Shown piece by piece: positions 1 through 8,555 of a stretch of 43,994 nt of DNA. The DNA lies in IMG/VR virus record IMGVR_UViG_3300046780_000195, positions 1-43,994 of that record; one strand, 5' to 3'. A program made the position numbers and the translations under genes. The number at the start of each line of letters is the position of its first letter. The stretch's first letter is position 1. The notes under the pieces were generated by a model. It did not search any database. It was not told where the DNA came from and saw nothing but the letters and a program-made list of their open reading frames with translations. This DNA is from a virus.

Positions 1-127
1 ATGCCGTCAAAGTCGCCACCGCCCTTCTCGCCTCCACCGCACGCGAGGCAAAGCTTCGCGAGGCGCTGGAGAATATTGAAGATATAGCAACGACCGGACG
101 TATCAGCGAACTGGTAGAGAAATTCAA
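1..127. repeat. 127-bp terminal direct repeat identical to 43868..43994 (circular-assembly overlap)
   Basis: Bases 1-127 (atgccgtcaaagtcgcc...gtagagaaattcaa) recur exactly as the last 127 bases of the window. An ORF reads straight through the junction. Confidence 0.95.
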
Positions 128-179
128 CACCATGAAGTTGATCGCCCGCGAGGCGCTGGCGGACAAGGAGACGACATGA
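1..179 (+). CDS. 3' end of junction-spanning CDS (5' part at 43519..43994); hypothetical helical protein, about 175 aa after removing the duplicated 127 bp
   Basis: The frame starting at position 3 continues the open frame from 43519 (…DAVKVATALLASTAREAKLREALENIEDIATTGRISELVEKFNTMKLIAREALADKETT) and ends at TGA 177-179. Confidence 0.6.
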   Translation, partial: AVKVATALLASTAREAKLREALENIEDIATTGRISELVEKFNTMKLIAREALADKETT

Positions 180-310
180 GCAAGGAACTGATGTGGTGGG
201 GTGGAGTGATCGGCTTCTTCATCTACATTGCCGTCTGTGGTGCCGGAATCATCTCCAATCCCAAACGCCCGCTTTCACATTGGGACAAGGACGATGCTTC
301 CCATCATTAG
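176..310 (+). CDS. small membrane protein (44 aa), hypothetical
   Basis: ATGA start/stop overlap with the upstream CDS. Translation is MSKELMWWGGVIGFFIYIAVCGAGIISNPKRPLSHWDKDDASHH, with one clear hydrophobic helix. It is below the ORF-track cutoff and was read by hand. Confidence 0.45.
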   Translation: MSKELMWWGGVIGFFIYIAVCGAGIISNPKRPLSHWDKDDASHH

Positions 311-336
311 CCGCGCCCGCTACTGGTGGGACCGCA

Positions 337-627
337 TTACTTGGCCTGTAAGAAGCCAGCCAGAGCGTCGAACCTGGCCTCTACGCACTCGCTGTATCGC
401 TCCTGCCCTACGATGAAGACGGCGATCTCGTTGTCACTTGGGCTTGTTGACAGGGGCAGCAAGGGGCGTAGGCATTCCTTTCGCGACAGGAGGCTTGCGT
501 CCGGCCTGCTGACTACTGCTGTCACGGAGTTCGCGCACCCCATCAAGGGCAGTCCGCACGACAGGACCGCAGCCAGTGGTAACAGGCGCTGATACAATAC
601 GCTGGATGATCGGCTGGGCTTTCGCAT
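337..627 (-). CDS. outer-membrane spanin (o-spanin, Rz1-like lipoprotein), overlapping the i-spanin gene
   Basis: The N-terminus MRKPSRSSSVLYQRLLPLAAVLSCGLPLMGC is a basic n-region, a hydrophobic core and a lipobox-like LMGC (or VLSC). The gene starts inside the i-spanin ORF in another frame and extends past its stop, at the end of the lysis cassette. Confidence 0.55.
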   Translation of the reverse strand: MRKPSRSSSVLYQRLLPLAAVLSCGLPLMGCANSVTAVVSRPDASLLSRKECLRPLLPLSTSPSDNEIAVFIVGQERYSECVEARFDALAGFLQAK

Positions 628-829
628 CGATGACCTCCAATTTGCCTTGGAGGAGCCCGATCTGTTTCTCGCTGTTGGCGTGGTCCTTCAAGTTCTGCTG
701 TATGACCGCTTGATCGTTGGCGTGCTTTAGCGAATCGGCCTTGTGCTCCTGCCACAGCCCCCAGATGCCCAGCCCCATCACCGCCATGGCGATGTAGGGG
801 GCGAAATGGAGAAGGATGGAGACGGGCAT
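434..829 (-). CDS. inner-membrane spanin (i-spanin, Rz-like)
   Basis: 131 aa with an N-terminal TM helix (FAPYIAMAVMGLGIWGLW) followed by a coiled-coil-like charged segment. It lies downstream of the endolysin and contains the embedded lipoprotein ORF. Confidence 0.6.
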   Translation of the reverse strand: MPVSILLHFAPYIAMAVMGLGIWGLWQEHKADSLKHANDQAVIQQNLKDHANSEKQIGLLQGKLEVIDAKAQPIIQRIVSAPVTTGCGPVVRTALDGVRELRDSSSQQAGRKPPVAKGMPTPLAAPVNKPK

Positions 830-952
830 TCAGCGGCCCAGCGCGAAGCCCAGGATGAATACGGCAATCAGTGAGACAACGCAGACTGACAGCACAGGAT
901 TGTTCTGAACCCACGCGCCGCTAGCGATGCCCCACTCCTTGAGTTTGTTCAT
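830..952 (-). CDS. small membrane protein (40 aa), possible holin/antiholin component
   Basis: Hand-translated as MNKLKEWGIASGAWVQNNPVLSVCVVSLIAVFILGFALGR, with one TM helix. Its stop directly abuts the i-spanin ATG, inside the lysis cassette. Confidence 0.4.
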   Translation of the reverse strand: MNKLKEWGIASGAWVQNNPVLSVCVVSLIAVFILGFALGR

Positions 953-1015
953 AGCAATGGCACCGAGTGAGAGCCAATCCACAAGCCCAGCATAGCTGCC
1001 AGCAGCGCGGCAAGG

Positions 1016-1453
1016 TCAGTCAATGCGAGCTTCATATGCCGTCCCCATGAACTGGGCCTTCTCGCCGTTCCTGCGTGAGATGATCTCCGGGGGCTTGTGC
1101 CAACTGTCGAAATCCGCCGCCGCCGCATCCAGATTGCCTTCGTTGATGTGCCGGATCAGCGTGGCCGAGCGCGCCCATCCGGTCCCTACGTTGTAGAGCC
1201 ACGACACCAAGGCATCGAACTGGTTCTGTCCGATCGTGCCGGTGATGTTCTCGTTGAGGGCTTCCTCGAAACGCTCCAGATCCTTGGTAAAGGCTTCCTC
1301 GATGCGCTCGTCGGTCCAGATTTCGCCTTCCACAACGTCCGGCCCTGTATGGCCATAACCAACGGTCAGCACGCCTTGGGTGTCGCGATAGACCTCGTTG
1401 CGCTTGCCCTCGCGGGCCATCAGCAGTTCAAGTCCCTGGTGCGAGATGTTCAT
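1016..1453 (-). CDS. endolysin, GH24 phage lysozyme (muramidase)
   Basis: The N-terminus ELLMAREGKRNEVYRDTQGVLTVGYGHTG matches the T4/P22-lysozyme E-x8-D-x5-T catalytic pattern. No signal or SAR sequence is present. Confidence 0.9.
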   Translation of the reverse strand: MNISHQGLELLMAREGKRNEVYRDTQGVLTVGYGHTGPDVVEGEIWTDERIEEAFTKDLERFEEALNENITGTIGQNQFDALVSWLYNVGTGWARSATLIRHINEGNLDAAAADFDSWHKPPEIISRRNGEKAQFMGTAYEARID

Positions 1454-1626
1454 TCGTGCTTGCCGTTCGGCATAGGTCGGGGCTTGGGCATCTCAAAGGG
1501 CTCCTGTCCGATTTCTTCTTCCAGGAACTTGTGCTCCAGGCGCTCTACCACGTTCATCAGTTTCCTGTGCGCCTCGTCGGCCTCCTTGATCAGGCTCTTG
1601 ATTTCCTTGCGCTTGCCATTCTCCAT
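1450..1626 (-). CDS. hypothetical protein (58 aa), lysis-cassette associated
   Basis: Hand-read ORF MENGKRKEIKSLIKEADEAHRKLMNVVERLEHKFLEEEIGQEPFEMPKPRPMPNGKHE. It has an ATGA overlap with the endolysin start and sits 1 nt after the upstream stop. Confidence 0.45.
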   Translation of the reverse strand: MENGKRKEIKSLIKEADEAHRKLMNVVERLEHKFLEEEIGQEPFEMPKPRPMPNGKHE

Positions 1627-1627
1627 G

Positions 1628-1840
1628 TCACGCTCCGACCTTGGTTGCTATCCTATCCAGCACCGAGGTCAGGGCATTGTCGGAGGTGATCTTGTCGCGC
1701 AGCAGTTGCGTGTTTGCATCCTGCAACGAACGCCTCTCCGACCGCTCTTCTCGCCACTGATAGAACATGAACCCGGCAATCACACCGCCGGGGCCCAGCC
1801 CTAATAGGGTCTTCATCAGGTCGGATACAAGACTATCCAT
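1628..1840 (-). CDS. single-pass membrane protein (70 aa), candidate holin
   Basis: One TM helix (LLGLGPGGVIAGFMFY) followed by a charged helical tail. It is the first gene of the lysis cassette, two genes upstream of the endolysin. Confidence 0.45.
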   Translation of the reverse strand: MDSLVSDLMKTLLGLGPGGVIAGFMFYQWREERSERRSLQDANTQLLRDKITSDNALTSVLDRIATKVGA

Positions 1841-1905
1841 GGTGCCACGAATTTGCCACAGCCCCTATTGGCGTGGTAGATGCAAAAACGCATATCTTCA
1901 GCCGC

Positions 1906-3477
1906 TCAATAATCCGCCAGCATAATCTTGTAGAAATGGCCAACGACAGCAGCCCCTCCGGTCGTCACCACCTTGATGGATAGCGCGTCACCTGTGTCGG
2001 CTAAAATCTGCAAGGTGGGTGTCGTCAAGACAACGAAAGCATCCGTGCCACCGCTAATGACGCCGACCATTGAGGTGTCGGAGAAGGACTTCTGAATGGT
2101 GTAAGTATAACTTTCGCCGATCCCGGCAACGGCTGTCGTACCGAACTGGGCGCCCATGATGGCTTCCTGGCCATTGATGTACCACAGGATGGCTCCCACA
2201 ATGGCTCCATCGAAGACTCCGGTTGAACCGACATAGCTCGTGACACCGGCCGCAATCGAAGTCCGGCTTCCCGCCGCGACAACGCGGTCAACCGCAAAGC
2301 CGGCCACGGCAGTGGCACTGTCAATGCTATAGGGTCCCTTGGTGGCGTCGAAGCCGCGCACGCGGTTGCCCTTGATGGTCAATTGCTGGCAGCCGTTCTT
2401 GACCTCCAGGCCGTACTTGGAATTGGTGGCATCCCACGTAAAGACCTGGTTGCCCTCAAACAGGAAATTTATGCAGGTGTCGACAATGACATTGCTATAG
2501 AGGCCGTTTCCGTCCTGGGAACCGGAATAGACTTTATTGCCGATAAAGTCGGTATAGAACGAGCTGAGAAAGGTGACGTTCTCACGCGCTGATTGAGTGA
2601 TTCGATTACCCTGCCAGGAGTTGTAGCTGCTGGTGGTGGCATAGATGCCTAGTTGAAGACTCCAAATCTTGTTGTCACGAACGACACCGGAATCTGAGTT
2701 GGTGAGATACAATCCATGTGTGCCCGCGGGAAATCCGCCTTCGATGCCGAACTGGTTGCCACCGATCAGGAAATCGTGGTTATAGACGCTGTTCACCGCC
2801 TTGCCGCCGCAGCCGAGAACATAGCTGTTGGTGATGTCGTTGCCTGTCATCTGGTCAGTGATGTTGCCGGTGAGCTTAATGCCATCTACAGCGAAGCCGC
2901 GCACGATCACGCGATCTAATTTGATGTTGCCTGTGGCGCCGCTGCCGACAATCTCAATGCCGTTGGTCGAGCCAATCGATTGCGGCGTGCCGTTGATACC
3001 GAACGTCAGTCCCGCGATGCGCGAAAAATTGCACGGCCCCGTGATGGTCAGCAGTGTTCCCGCTTGCGTCAGAAGCAGTTTAGTTTGGTCGAAATCAGGA
3101 CCTATTAGATAGAACCCCGTAACCCCGCTGATAGTTAGCGGCTTGGTCAGGTAAGTGCCAGAAGGAAAATATAATCCCCTGATCGTTCCCAAGGCATTCA
3201 AGGCCGCCTGCAAGGCGGTTGTATCGTCCGTTGAACCATCGCCAGTTGCACCGAACCAACGCACGTCAAGGGGGCCGTTATAGACTCTGATGTAACGGCC
3301 CACCGGTCCGCTGGTGCATTGAACAACAGTTCCATCATCGGCCGTCGTCGCATCGGCGGCATACCAATTGAAGATGCCCGCTGCTATTCCGGTTAATTCC
3401 ACTACGGCCGGCCGCGTCGTCAACGCCTTGAGTTCGGCGATGGTCGGTACGGTGTAGAAGGTGGTGGTCTTGGACAC
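1906..3477 (-). CDS. tailspike / receptor-binding depolymerase with pectate-lyase-like right-handed beta-helix
   Basis: DVRWFGATGDGSTDDTTALQAALNAL...GLYFPSGTYL is the classic Pectate_lyase_3 N-cap motif. It is followed by repetitive G/N/I/V-rich beta-helix-like sequence. This is the last structural gene before lysis. Confidence 0.8.
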   Translation of the reverse strand: MSKTTTFYTVPTIAELKALTTRPAVVELTGIAAGIFNWYAADATTADDGTVVQCTSGPVGRYIRVYNGPLDVRWFGATGDGSTDDTTALQAALNALGTIRGLYFPSGTYLTKPLTISGVTGFYLIGPDFDQTKLLLTQAGTLLTITGPCNFSRIAGLTFGINGTPQSIGSTNGIEIVGSGATGNIKLDRVIVRGFAVDGIKLTGNITDQMTGNDITNSYVLGCGGKAVNSVYNHDFLIGGNQFGIEGGFPAGTHGLYLTNSDSGVVRDNKIWSLQLGIYATTSSYNSWQGNRITQSARENVTFLSSFYTDFIGNKVYSGSQDGNGLYSNVIVDTCINFLFEGNQVFTWDATNSKYGLEVKNGCQQLTIKGNRVRGFDATKGPYSIDSATAVAGFAVDRVVAAGSRTSIAAGVTSYVGSTGVFDGAIVGAILWYINGQEAIMGAQFGTTAVAGIGESYTYTIQKSFSDTSMVGVISGGTDAFVVLTTPTLQILADTGDALSIKVVTTGGAAVVGHFYKIMLADY

Positions 3478-6476
3478 TATGGCCTCGGCGTCACGGTGAT
3501 ATTGAGTCCTTGCGATGGACCCGTTGGAATTCCGCGCAAGGCTCTGTCCTGTTCCTCGCGGGTCATCGGTCTGCCTCCGGTGCGTCCGGTAATCAGGTCC
3601 ATCACCTGTCGCTGTGTCTCGGGATCAATCGGCGCTTGTGGGTTGGTATTCCTGAGAGCCAATGCGCGAGCCAGCACGAGTGCCTTGGTCGAGACATTGC
3701 TTGATGGGCCGCGTGCCATCTGTGCTTGGCCGACGCGCTCAAGAATCATCTGCAGTTTGGTGGGATCATCGGCTGCCAGAGCTTCCCCGAGGAACGCCTT
3801 GGCCTTATCCGCAGGCATCTTGCTCAACAGGTTCTTGGCAATCTTGGAACCGGCTGCCGCCATCTGCAGAGAACCACCGGCTCCGCCACCCTTGCCCAGC
3901 CCGAGAGCTGCAATGACGCGAGTGCCAAGATAACGCTCGGCGAGGTCATGCCACATGCCCGGCCCCTTGAACTCGCTCACCGCAACCTTCATGGCCTTGG
4001 CTGCCTCGTCGGCCATGCCGGCATCCATGAACTTCTTGATCTGGTTGAAGTGCATGTCGTTCAGCACGCCACCCTCTTTGAGAACCTGCGTGAGCGTCGG
4101 ACCATTGGGCGACATCGGCGTGTTCAGCAGCGTATTGGCCTTGCCATAGGAGAAGCCGTTGGCTGTGGTCGAGTTGTCGATGACATGCTGCAGAACGGTG
4201 GCCCGCAAACCGCCCTGTGCCTCCGGTCCAGCCGCCTTGGCGAGGAAGGAAATCCTGGTGAGATCCTGAACCGGATTGGGACCATTGATAGCTGCAGCCA
4301 CTGCTGTCTGCGGATTTTCTCCCGCTTTCAGAATCTTGGCGAAAGCCCCCTGTTTTTCAGTGAGCTTCGCGTAATCGCCTGTCTTCTGGACGACACCCTC
4401 ATAGGCAAGCTGTGCATCGCGAGCATTCGTCAATGCTGTGCGGTATTGCGGAAACTGGTCGAGCAATGGAGCATGAGTTTTGAGCAGCGTATCGATCTTG
4501 CTAGGATCGACCCGACCATCCGCCCCTACGACGCCTTGCGAGACAGTGCGCAGGAACTGCTCCTGCGTAGCTTGCATCTGCTGGGCTGGAGCCATTGCTG
4601 CACCGCTCTGCATCTCGGCAGGCGTGGCTCTAAGAGGTACAGCGGCGGTCTGCAATTCCTGAAACTGCTGTGCTGCCTTGGCAGGACCACCGGCCGCCGC
4701 CGATTCCAGCGTCAGTTCGGGACGGATGCGTTCAGCGCCTGTGGCCTTCATACCCAACACGTCTCCCGCAAAGGAACGAGTGATACGGTCGTTGAGGGCG
4801 CGAGAGTAGTCACGAGCCGCTGCCGCCGACTGCTGGGAAGATGCGTTCAGGTCGGTCAATACGCCTTGGTTGGCAAACGCCTCCAGCCTACGGGCCATGT
4901 CACGATTGGGATTGGTCCCTGCGCGTAAATCTTTGGCCATGTCCAGCGCACGACTGCGAAGCGTCTGCAGAAAACCAAGCGTCGGGGGTTGTTTACCTGT
5001 CTGGATGGCATTGATGGCGTTCTCGATTGGTGTTGGAAGATTCTCTCCGGGCAATAGGCCCTCTCTTGCCGTCTGGTAGCCCTGCAAGGTCCCTTCCTGC
5101 GGCAGGATCTCGCTCTTGTCCGGTATCTGCCAAAGCCTGCGTTCGGTGCCCCGCGCCTTGCCTACGGCTTCCTCAAGGATGTTACGCGCCTTGGTGTTGG
5201 CCAGTTCACGGGAGGTTGCATCCAGTGGCTGGACCGGCGCTGCTGCCGCAATCGCCTTCTGCTCGGCCTCGCCAACGGTGTCCTCGACGTACTTGGCAAT
5301 GGAGGTCTGCCGAGCCTGTGCCGCTGCTGTCAAGGCATTTGGCTGGCCGGGTTCAAAGGCTCCCTTCACGCCCTGCTGCATGCCCTGCTCGTAGGTCTGC
5401 CGTCCCGCTGCCAGTCTGTTAGCCATGTCTGGGTTCTGGGCAGCAAGGTTCTCCGTCACGTCATTAAGGACCGGGCTCTGCGCGCGCTGCCCCGCCGTCA
5501 AGCCGGGAGCCGCCTGTTCGCTGTTAAGAGAGCCCAGGATGGTCTTGATGTCCTCCTTGCCCGAGGTCAGGGCGGGCTCAAGACGCCGTGCCGCAATGGA
5601 TGCCTTGCCGGCATCCGTTGTAGACGTGAATGGTTCAGTGATACTGTTATAGAGACGCTCAAGTAGATTTCCGCCAGTCTTAGCGCCGGCAGAAACAACG
5701 CTTCCCAAGCCACCGCCAACAAGTTGGCCAATGGTCTGTGCCGTTGGACTGTCGGGAGCAATAGTCTCGGCAGCATAGGCTCCAGCCCCTTGGCCTATCG
5801 TGCTGGGGATCTGCGAAGCCATGAATGCGCTCGGGTTCTCTGCCGCCTGTCCCGTGATGCTTCGCCATAACGATGGAAGTACACTCCCGCTAGGTATCTT
5901 GGAGGCTGCAATCTCTGCCGCCGTCATATTTCGTGCAGCAGCCAAAGGAGCCGCCAGCATACCGAGCGTAGCGCCCGTGACTTCGCCGGCCCGCGCTGCC
6001 GGCCGCAGATGTTCTGGCACTTCGCTGATGTTGCCGTAGGTCGCCTTGATCGATGAATCGCCCAGACCAGTCTTGCGCTTGATGAAATCGACCGCTTCGT
6101 TCATGCCCGACCGGATGTCCTCAACGCCACCGCTCGGCAAGCGTATCCCACCGATGGCATTCAATCCTGAGAGGACGGTCTCGGCTCCCTTGGGAAGTCC
6201 ATAAACAGCGGCAATGTTCTTGGGTTCCAATGCGCCACCGGGACCGAACGCCTGACTATATTTGTTGTAGATGTCAACTGGGGCACCGATAATCTGGGCC
6301 AGAGCGGAGTTGGCGCCGCGCACACCTTGCGTCAGGGAGGCCATTGCCCCTTCGTTTTTGGGCACGGTCACGGAAGATGCCATATGCGTCTTGATCGCCG
6401 CTTCCATGTCGGCATTGCTCATGCCGTCAGGAAACTCGACATCCCCTAAACCGGGAACGGCGACGACGTTGACCAT
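3477..6476 (-). CDS. large internal virion / DNA-ejection protein (999 aa)
   Basis: Size, Ala/Gly/Gln-rich helical composition and its position between the tail genes and the tailspike, as for podovirus ejection proteins. The N-terminus VPGLGDVEFPDGMSNADMEAAIK resembles N-terminal motifs of such proteins. Confidence 0.55.
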   Translation of the reverse strand: MVNVVAVPGLGDVEFPDGMSNADMEAAIKTHMASSVTVPKNEGAMASLTQGVRGANSALAQIIGAPVDIYNKYSQAFGPGGALEPKNIAAVYGLPKGAETVLSGLNAIGGIRLPSGGVEDIRSGMNEAVDFIKRKTGLGDSSIKATYGNISEVPEHLRPAARAGEVTGATLGMLAAPLAAARNMTAAEIAASKIPSGSVLPSLWRSITGQAAENPSAFMASQIPSTIGQGAGAYAAETIAPDSPTAQTIGQLVGGGLGSVVSAGAKTGGNLLERLYNSITEPFTSTTDAGKASIAARRLEPALTSGKEDIKTILGSLNSEQAAPGLTAGQRAQSPVLNDVTENLAAQNPDMANRLAAGRQTYEQGMQQGVKGAFEPGQPNALTAAAQARQTSIAKYVEDTVGEAEQKAIAAAAPVQPLDATSRELANTKARNILEEAVGKARGTERRLWQIPDKSEILPQEGTLQGYQTAREGLLPGENLPTPIENAINAIQTGKQPPTLGFLQTLRSRALDMAKDLRAGTNPNRDMARRLEAFANQGVLTDLNASSQQSAAAARDYSRALNDRITRSFAGDVLGMKATGAERIRPELTLESAAAGGPAKAAQQFQELQTAAVPLRATPAEMQSGAAMAPAQQMQATQEQFLRTVSQGVVGADGRVDPSKIDTLLKTHAPLLDQFPQYRTALTNARDAQLAYEGVVQKTGDYAKLTEKQGAFAKILKAGENPQTAVAAAINGPNPVQDLTRISFLAKAAGPEAQGGLRATVLQHVIDNSTTANGFSYGKANTLLNTPMSPNGPTLTQVLKEGGVLNDMHFNQIKKFMDAGMADEAAKAMKVAVSEFKGPGMWHDLAERYLGTRVIAALGLGKGGGAGGSLQMAAAGSKIAKNLLSKMPADKAKAFLGEALAADDPTKLQMILERVGQAQMARGPSSNVSTKALVLARALALRNTNPQAPIDPETQRQVMDLITGRTGGRPMTREEQDRALRGIPTGPSQGLNITVTPRP

Positions 6477-7744
6477 TACTCGATCTTCCCAGTCTCTGGA
6501 TTAAAGCGCAGCCGCGCACCCCCGCTTCGGGGTGCAGCCTTCGTTCCGCCCTGACTGCCACTCAGCTTATCGACCACGATGTTCACGTTATCGAGATTCT
6601 TGCGTAGCGACTGGATGTCCTGTGCGAGTTTCGCCCGCTCCGCTGGTTTGGTGTTTGATGCCTGAAATAGTTGTGTCGTTGTCTGTAATTCCTTGGCAAT
6701 CGAGTCCTTCGCCGCCACCAGTTGTTTCAGCGCATAGGGAGAATCGTGAAAGGCTGATCCAGCCACCGGCAGAGTATCGTTGATGGCGCTGTATACGGCC
6801 TTGATGCGGGATGAACCGGGCGCTTCAGCACGCGCCTCGTTCACCAGTTCAGTCCGCATCTTATCGAACTGCGCTACCGCTGCGTTCTGCATGTTCAGTT
6901 CGGGAGAGATCGTGCCTAGGCCAGTCGTTCCCTGAATGCGACCCTGCGCGTATCTCGTGGCACCGCCGACACCGAATGCCTTGTCATACGGAAGTGCCGG
7001 ATTGATCGATGCATTGGGATACGGATTGGCCGCCGGTTGGCCCTGCGGCGCAGCGCTAATTGGCGTGCCATCGGGCAATGCCGGTTGGCCCGTTGGTGCA
7101 TTAACCGCAGTCGTACCGCCGGATGCCTGTCCACCGGGAGGTGCTATGCCATAGGCTGCGTAGGGGTCCTGCGCGCCACCAATAGGTACGACCTTGCCCG
7201 ATACCGGATAGTAGGCAATCGGATTGCCGGCGGCGTCATGCGTAACTTGTGCCTTGTTTGCCTCGCGCTCGGCAATGGCTTGTGCGCTGCGCGTCTGGAG
7301 CTGCATCTTCACGTAGTCAGTAACGAGAGATGTTGCGGCGGTATAATTGCCTGCTTTCATGTTGACCATCGCCTGCGCCTTCAGCACGTCGGGCATCTGG
7401 CTAAACCACTTCTGATATTCTGGCGTTTCGGCATAAGCCTGTGCCGCCTTCTCCTGTGCCACCTTGTCCTGCAGCACCTTGGCTCGCTGCGCCGCCACGT
7501 TCTGGTTGACCATCTGCGACTGCTGGTTCGCCACGTTGCCGGGAATGTTGCCAAGTTGCGCCAGTGCCCGCCCCTGATCCCCCGACCCAGGCATCTGTGG
7601 CGCACCGGCTGCCAGCAGAGCCGCCCCGGTCTGACCAAGGATGCCGTAGGCCAACTGGCGACGTTGGGCTTCCACCAGTCCGGTCGTGGGATCGGCGGTG
7701 CTGGGATCGCTTGATCCGGCGAGGAAGTCGAGGAGGCCTGCCAT
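6476..7744 (-). CDS. internal virion protein (422 aa), hypothetical
   Basis: Long ORF with a 1-nt overlap with the downstream gene. It has low-complexity Q/A/G/P-rich composition and lies within the ejection-protein block. Confidence 0.5.
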   Translation of the reverse strand: MAGLLDFLAGSSDPSTADPTTGLVEAQRRQLAYGILGQTGAALLAAGAPQMPGSGDQGRALAQLGNIPGNVANQQSQMVNQNVAAQRAKVLQDKVAQEKAAQAYAETPEYQKWFSQMPDVLKAQAMVNMKAGNYTAATSLVTDYVKMQLQTRSAQAIAEREANKAQVTHDAAGNPIAYYPVSGKVVPIGGAQDPYAAYGIAPPGGQASGGTTAVNAPTGQPALPDGTPISAAPQGQPAANPYPNASINPALPYDKAFGVGGATRYAQGRIQGTTGLGTISPELNMQNAAVAQFDKMRTELVNEARAEAPGSSRIKAVYSAINDTLPVAGSAFHDSPYALKQLVAAKDSIAKELQTTTQLFQASNTKPAERAKLAQDIQSLRKNLDNVNIVVDKLSGSQGGTKAAPRSGGARLRFNPETGKIE

Positions 7745-7748
7745 GTGA

Positions 7749-8555
7749 CTATCCTAGTAGCCCGCGTAAGCCGGGGAGGACGGGAGTGAAGTTCTGGGCA
7801 ATCCGGGGACGGCCTGCCTGCAAGAGCGGAATCTGCTGCTGAGGTGCCATCTGCGTCGGCGCGCCCTGGGCAAGCAATCCCTGCGATGCTGTCTGGCCTT
7901 GGGCAGTGGCAGATCGTAATGCTGCGGCTCGCTGGGCGGCAAGTAAGCCCTCGATGCGGCTGTCTGTGCTTCCCGGCTGAGATGCTGTTGGGCTGCCATA
8001 GCCGCCGAGGTCGGCATCGTTAGCCGTGCGAGGGTCCACCGGAGGCGGCATCTGTGCTGGAACACCCTGACCACCAGCGCCCGCTCCGTCCACATTCGTT
8101 GTCTGCACGATCGGCAGCACGGACGGCGTAACGCCTTCGGGAACCTTCAATGTCTGGGCAGTCTGGTCTACCACCTTGCTATAGTTGGGATCGCTGGCGT
8201 AACCGCTCTTCTTGAGTGCCGCGATCTGTGCATCGTAGTCTCCCGCCGCCCCGACCTTCTGGACGACCGGAAGAGCAGCATAGTGAGCAAAACTGTGGTC
8301 GGTCGATGGATAGGCGGCGAACCCGGCACTGGTCATGTACGACCTGCCGTCAGGTCCGACTTCGCGCGTCTGGAGAGTTTGACCAGTTCCCTTCACGCCA
8401 AAGAGATTGTTGCCGGGAGCCGCCGTACCCCAGCCGCTCTCGATGCCCGCCTGCGCCATGACGATGCGCGGATCAACACCGGTCTGCTTCGACACGGCAA
8501 GTGCGTGCTGCCAGTTGTCGAGCTTGAATTGGGCGATCTGGTCAGGAGTTGCCAT
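7749..8555 (-). CDS. virion-associated peptidoglycan hydrolase (FlgJ-type N-acetylglucosaminidase domain)
   Basis: VMAQAGIESGWGTAAPGNNLFGVKG matches the glucosaminidase (PF01832-type) signature. The domain is N-terminal and is followed by a Q/A/P-rich tail. Confidence 0.8.
   Translation of the reverse strand: MATPDQIAQFKLDNWQHALAVSKQTGVDPRIVMAQAGIESGWGTAAPGNNLFGVKGTGQTLQTREVGPDGRSYMTSAGFAAYPSTDHSFAHYAALPVVQKVGAAGDYDAQIAALKKSGYASDPNYSKVVDQTAQTLKVPEGVTPSVLPIVQTTNVDGAGAGGQGVPAQMPPPVDPRTANDADLGGYGSPTASQPGSTDSRIEGLLAAQRAAALRSATAQGQTASQGLLAQGAPTQMAPQQQIPLLQAGRPRIAQNFTPVLPGLRGLLG

Noticed and set aside
1-127. Interpreting the 127-bp terminal repeat as a biological direct terminal repeat or attachment-site duplication.
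   Set aside because: The repeat lies inside a continuous ORF, and its length equals a common assembler k-mer, so a circularisation artefact is the simpler reading. Read data are needed to be certain.
949-1035. 28-aa hydrophobic ORF (MKLALTDLAALLAAMLGLWIGSHSVPLL) overlapping the endolysin 3' end and coupled by ATGA to the 40-aa TM ORF.
   Set aside because: It is too short and overlaps the lysozyme coding sequence by 20 nt, so it cannot be distinguished from chance. It remains a possible holin-related micro-ORF.
3726-4928. 400-aa plus-strand ORF antisense to the 999-aa internal virion gene. Similar long antisense ORFs lie at 1097..1804, 7037..7714, 18670..19281, 20910..22055, 24908..25696, 25710..26561, 40483..41172 and 42929..43567.
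   Set aside because: These are shadow ORFs typical of GC-rich DNA. Their translations are Arg/Pro/Gly/His-rich and low-complexity, they lack RBS context, and each lies fully inside a convincing gene on the other strand.
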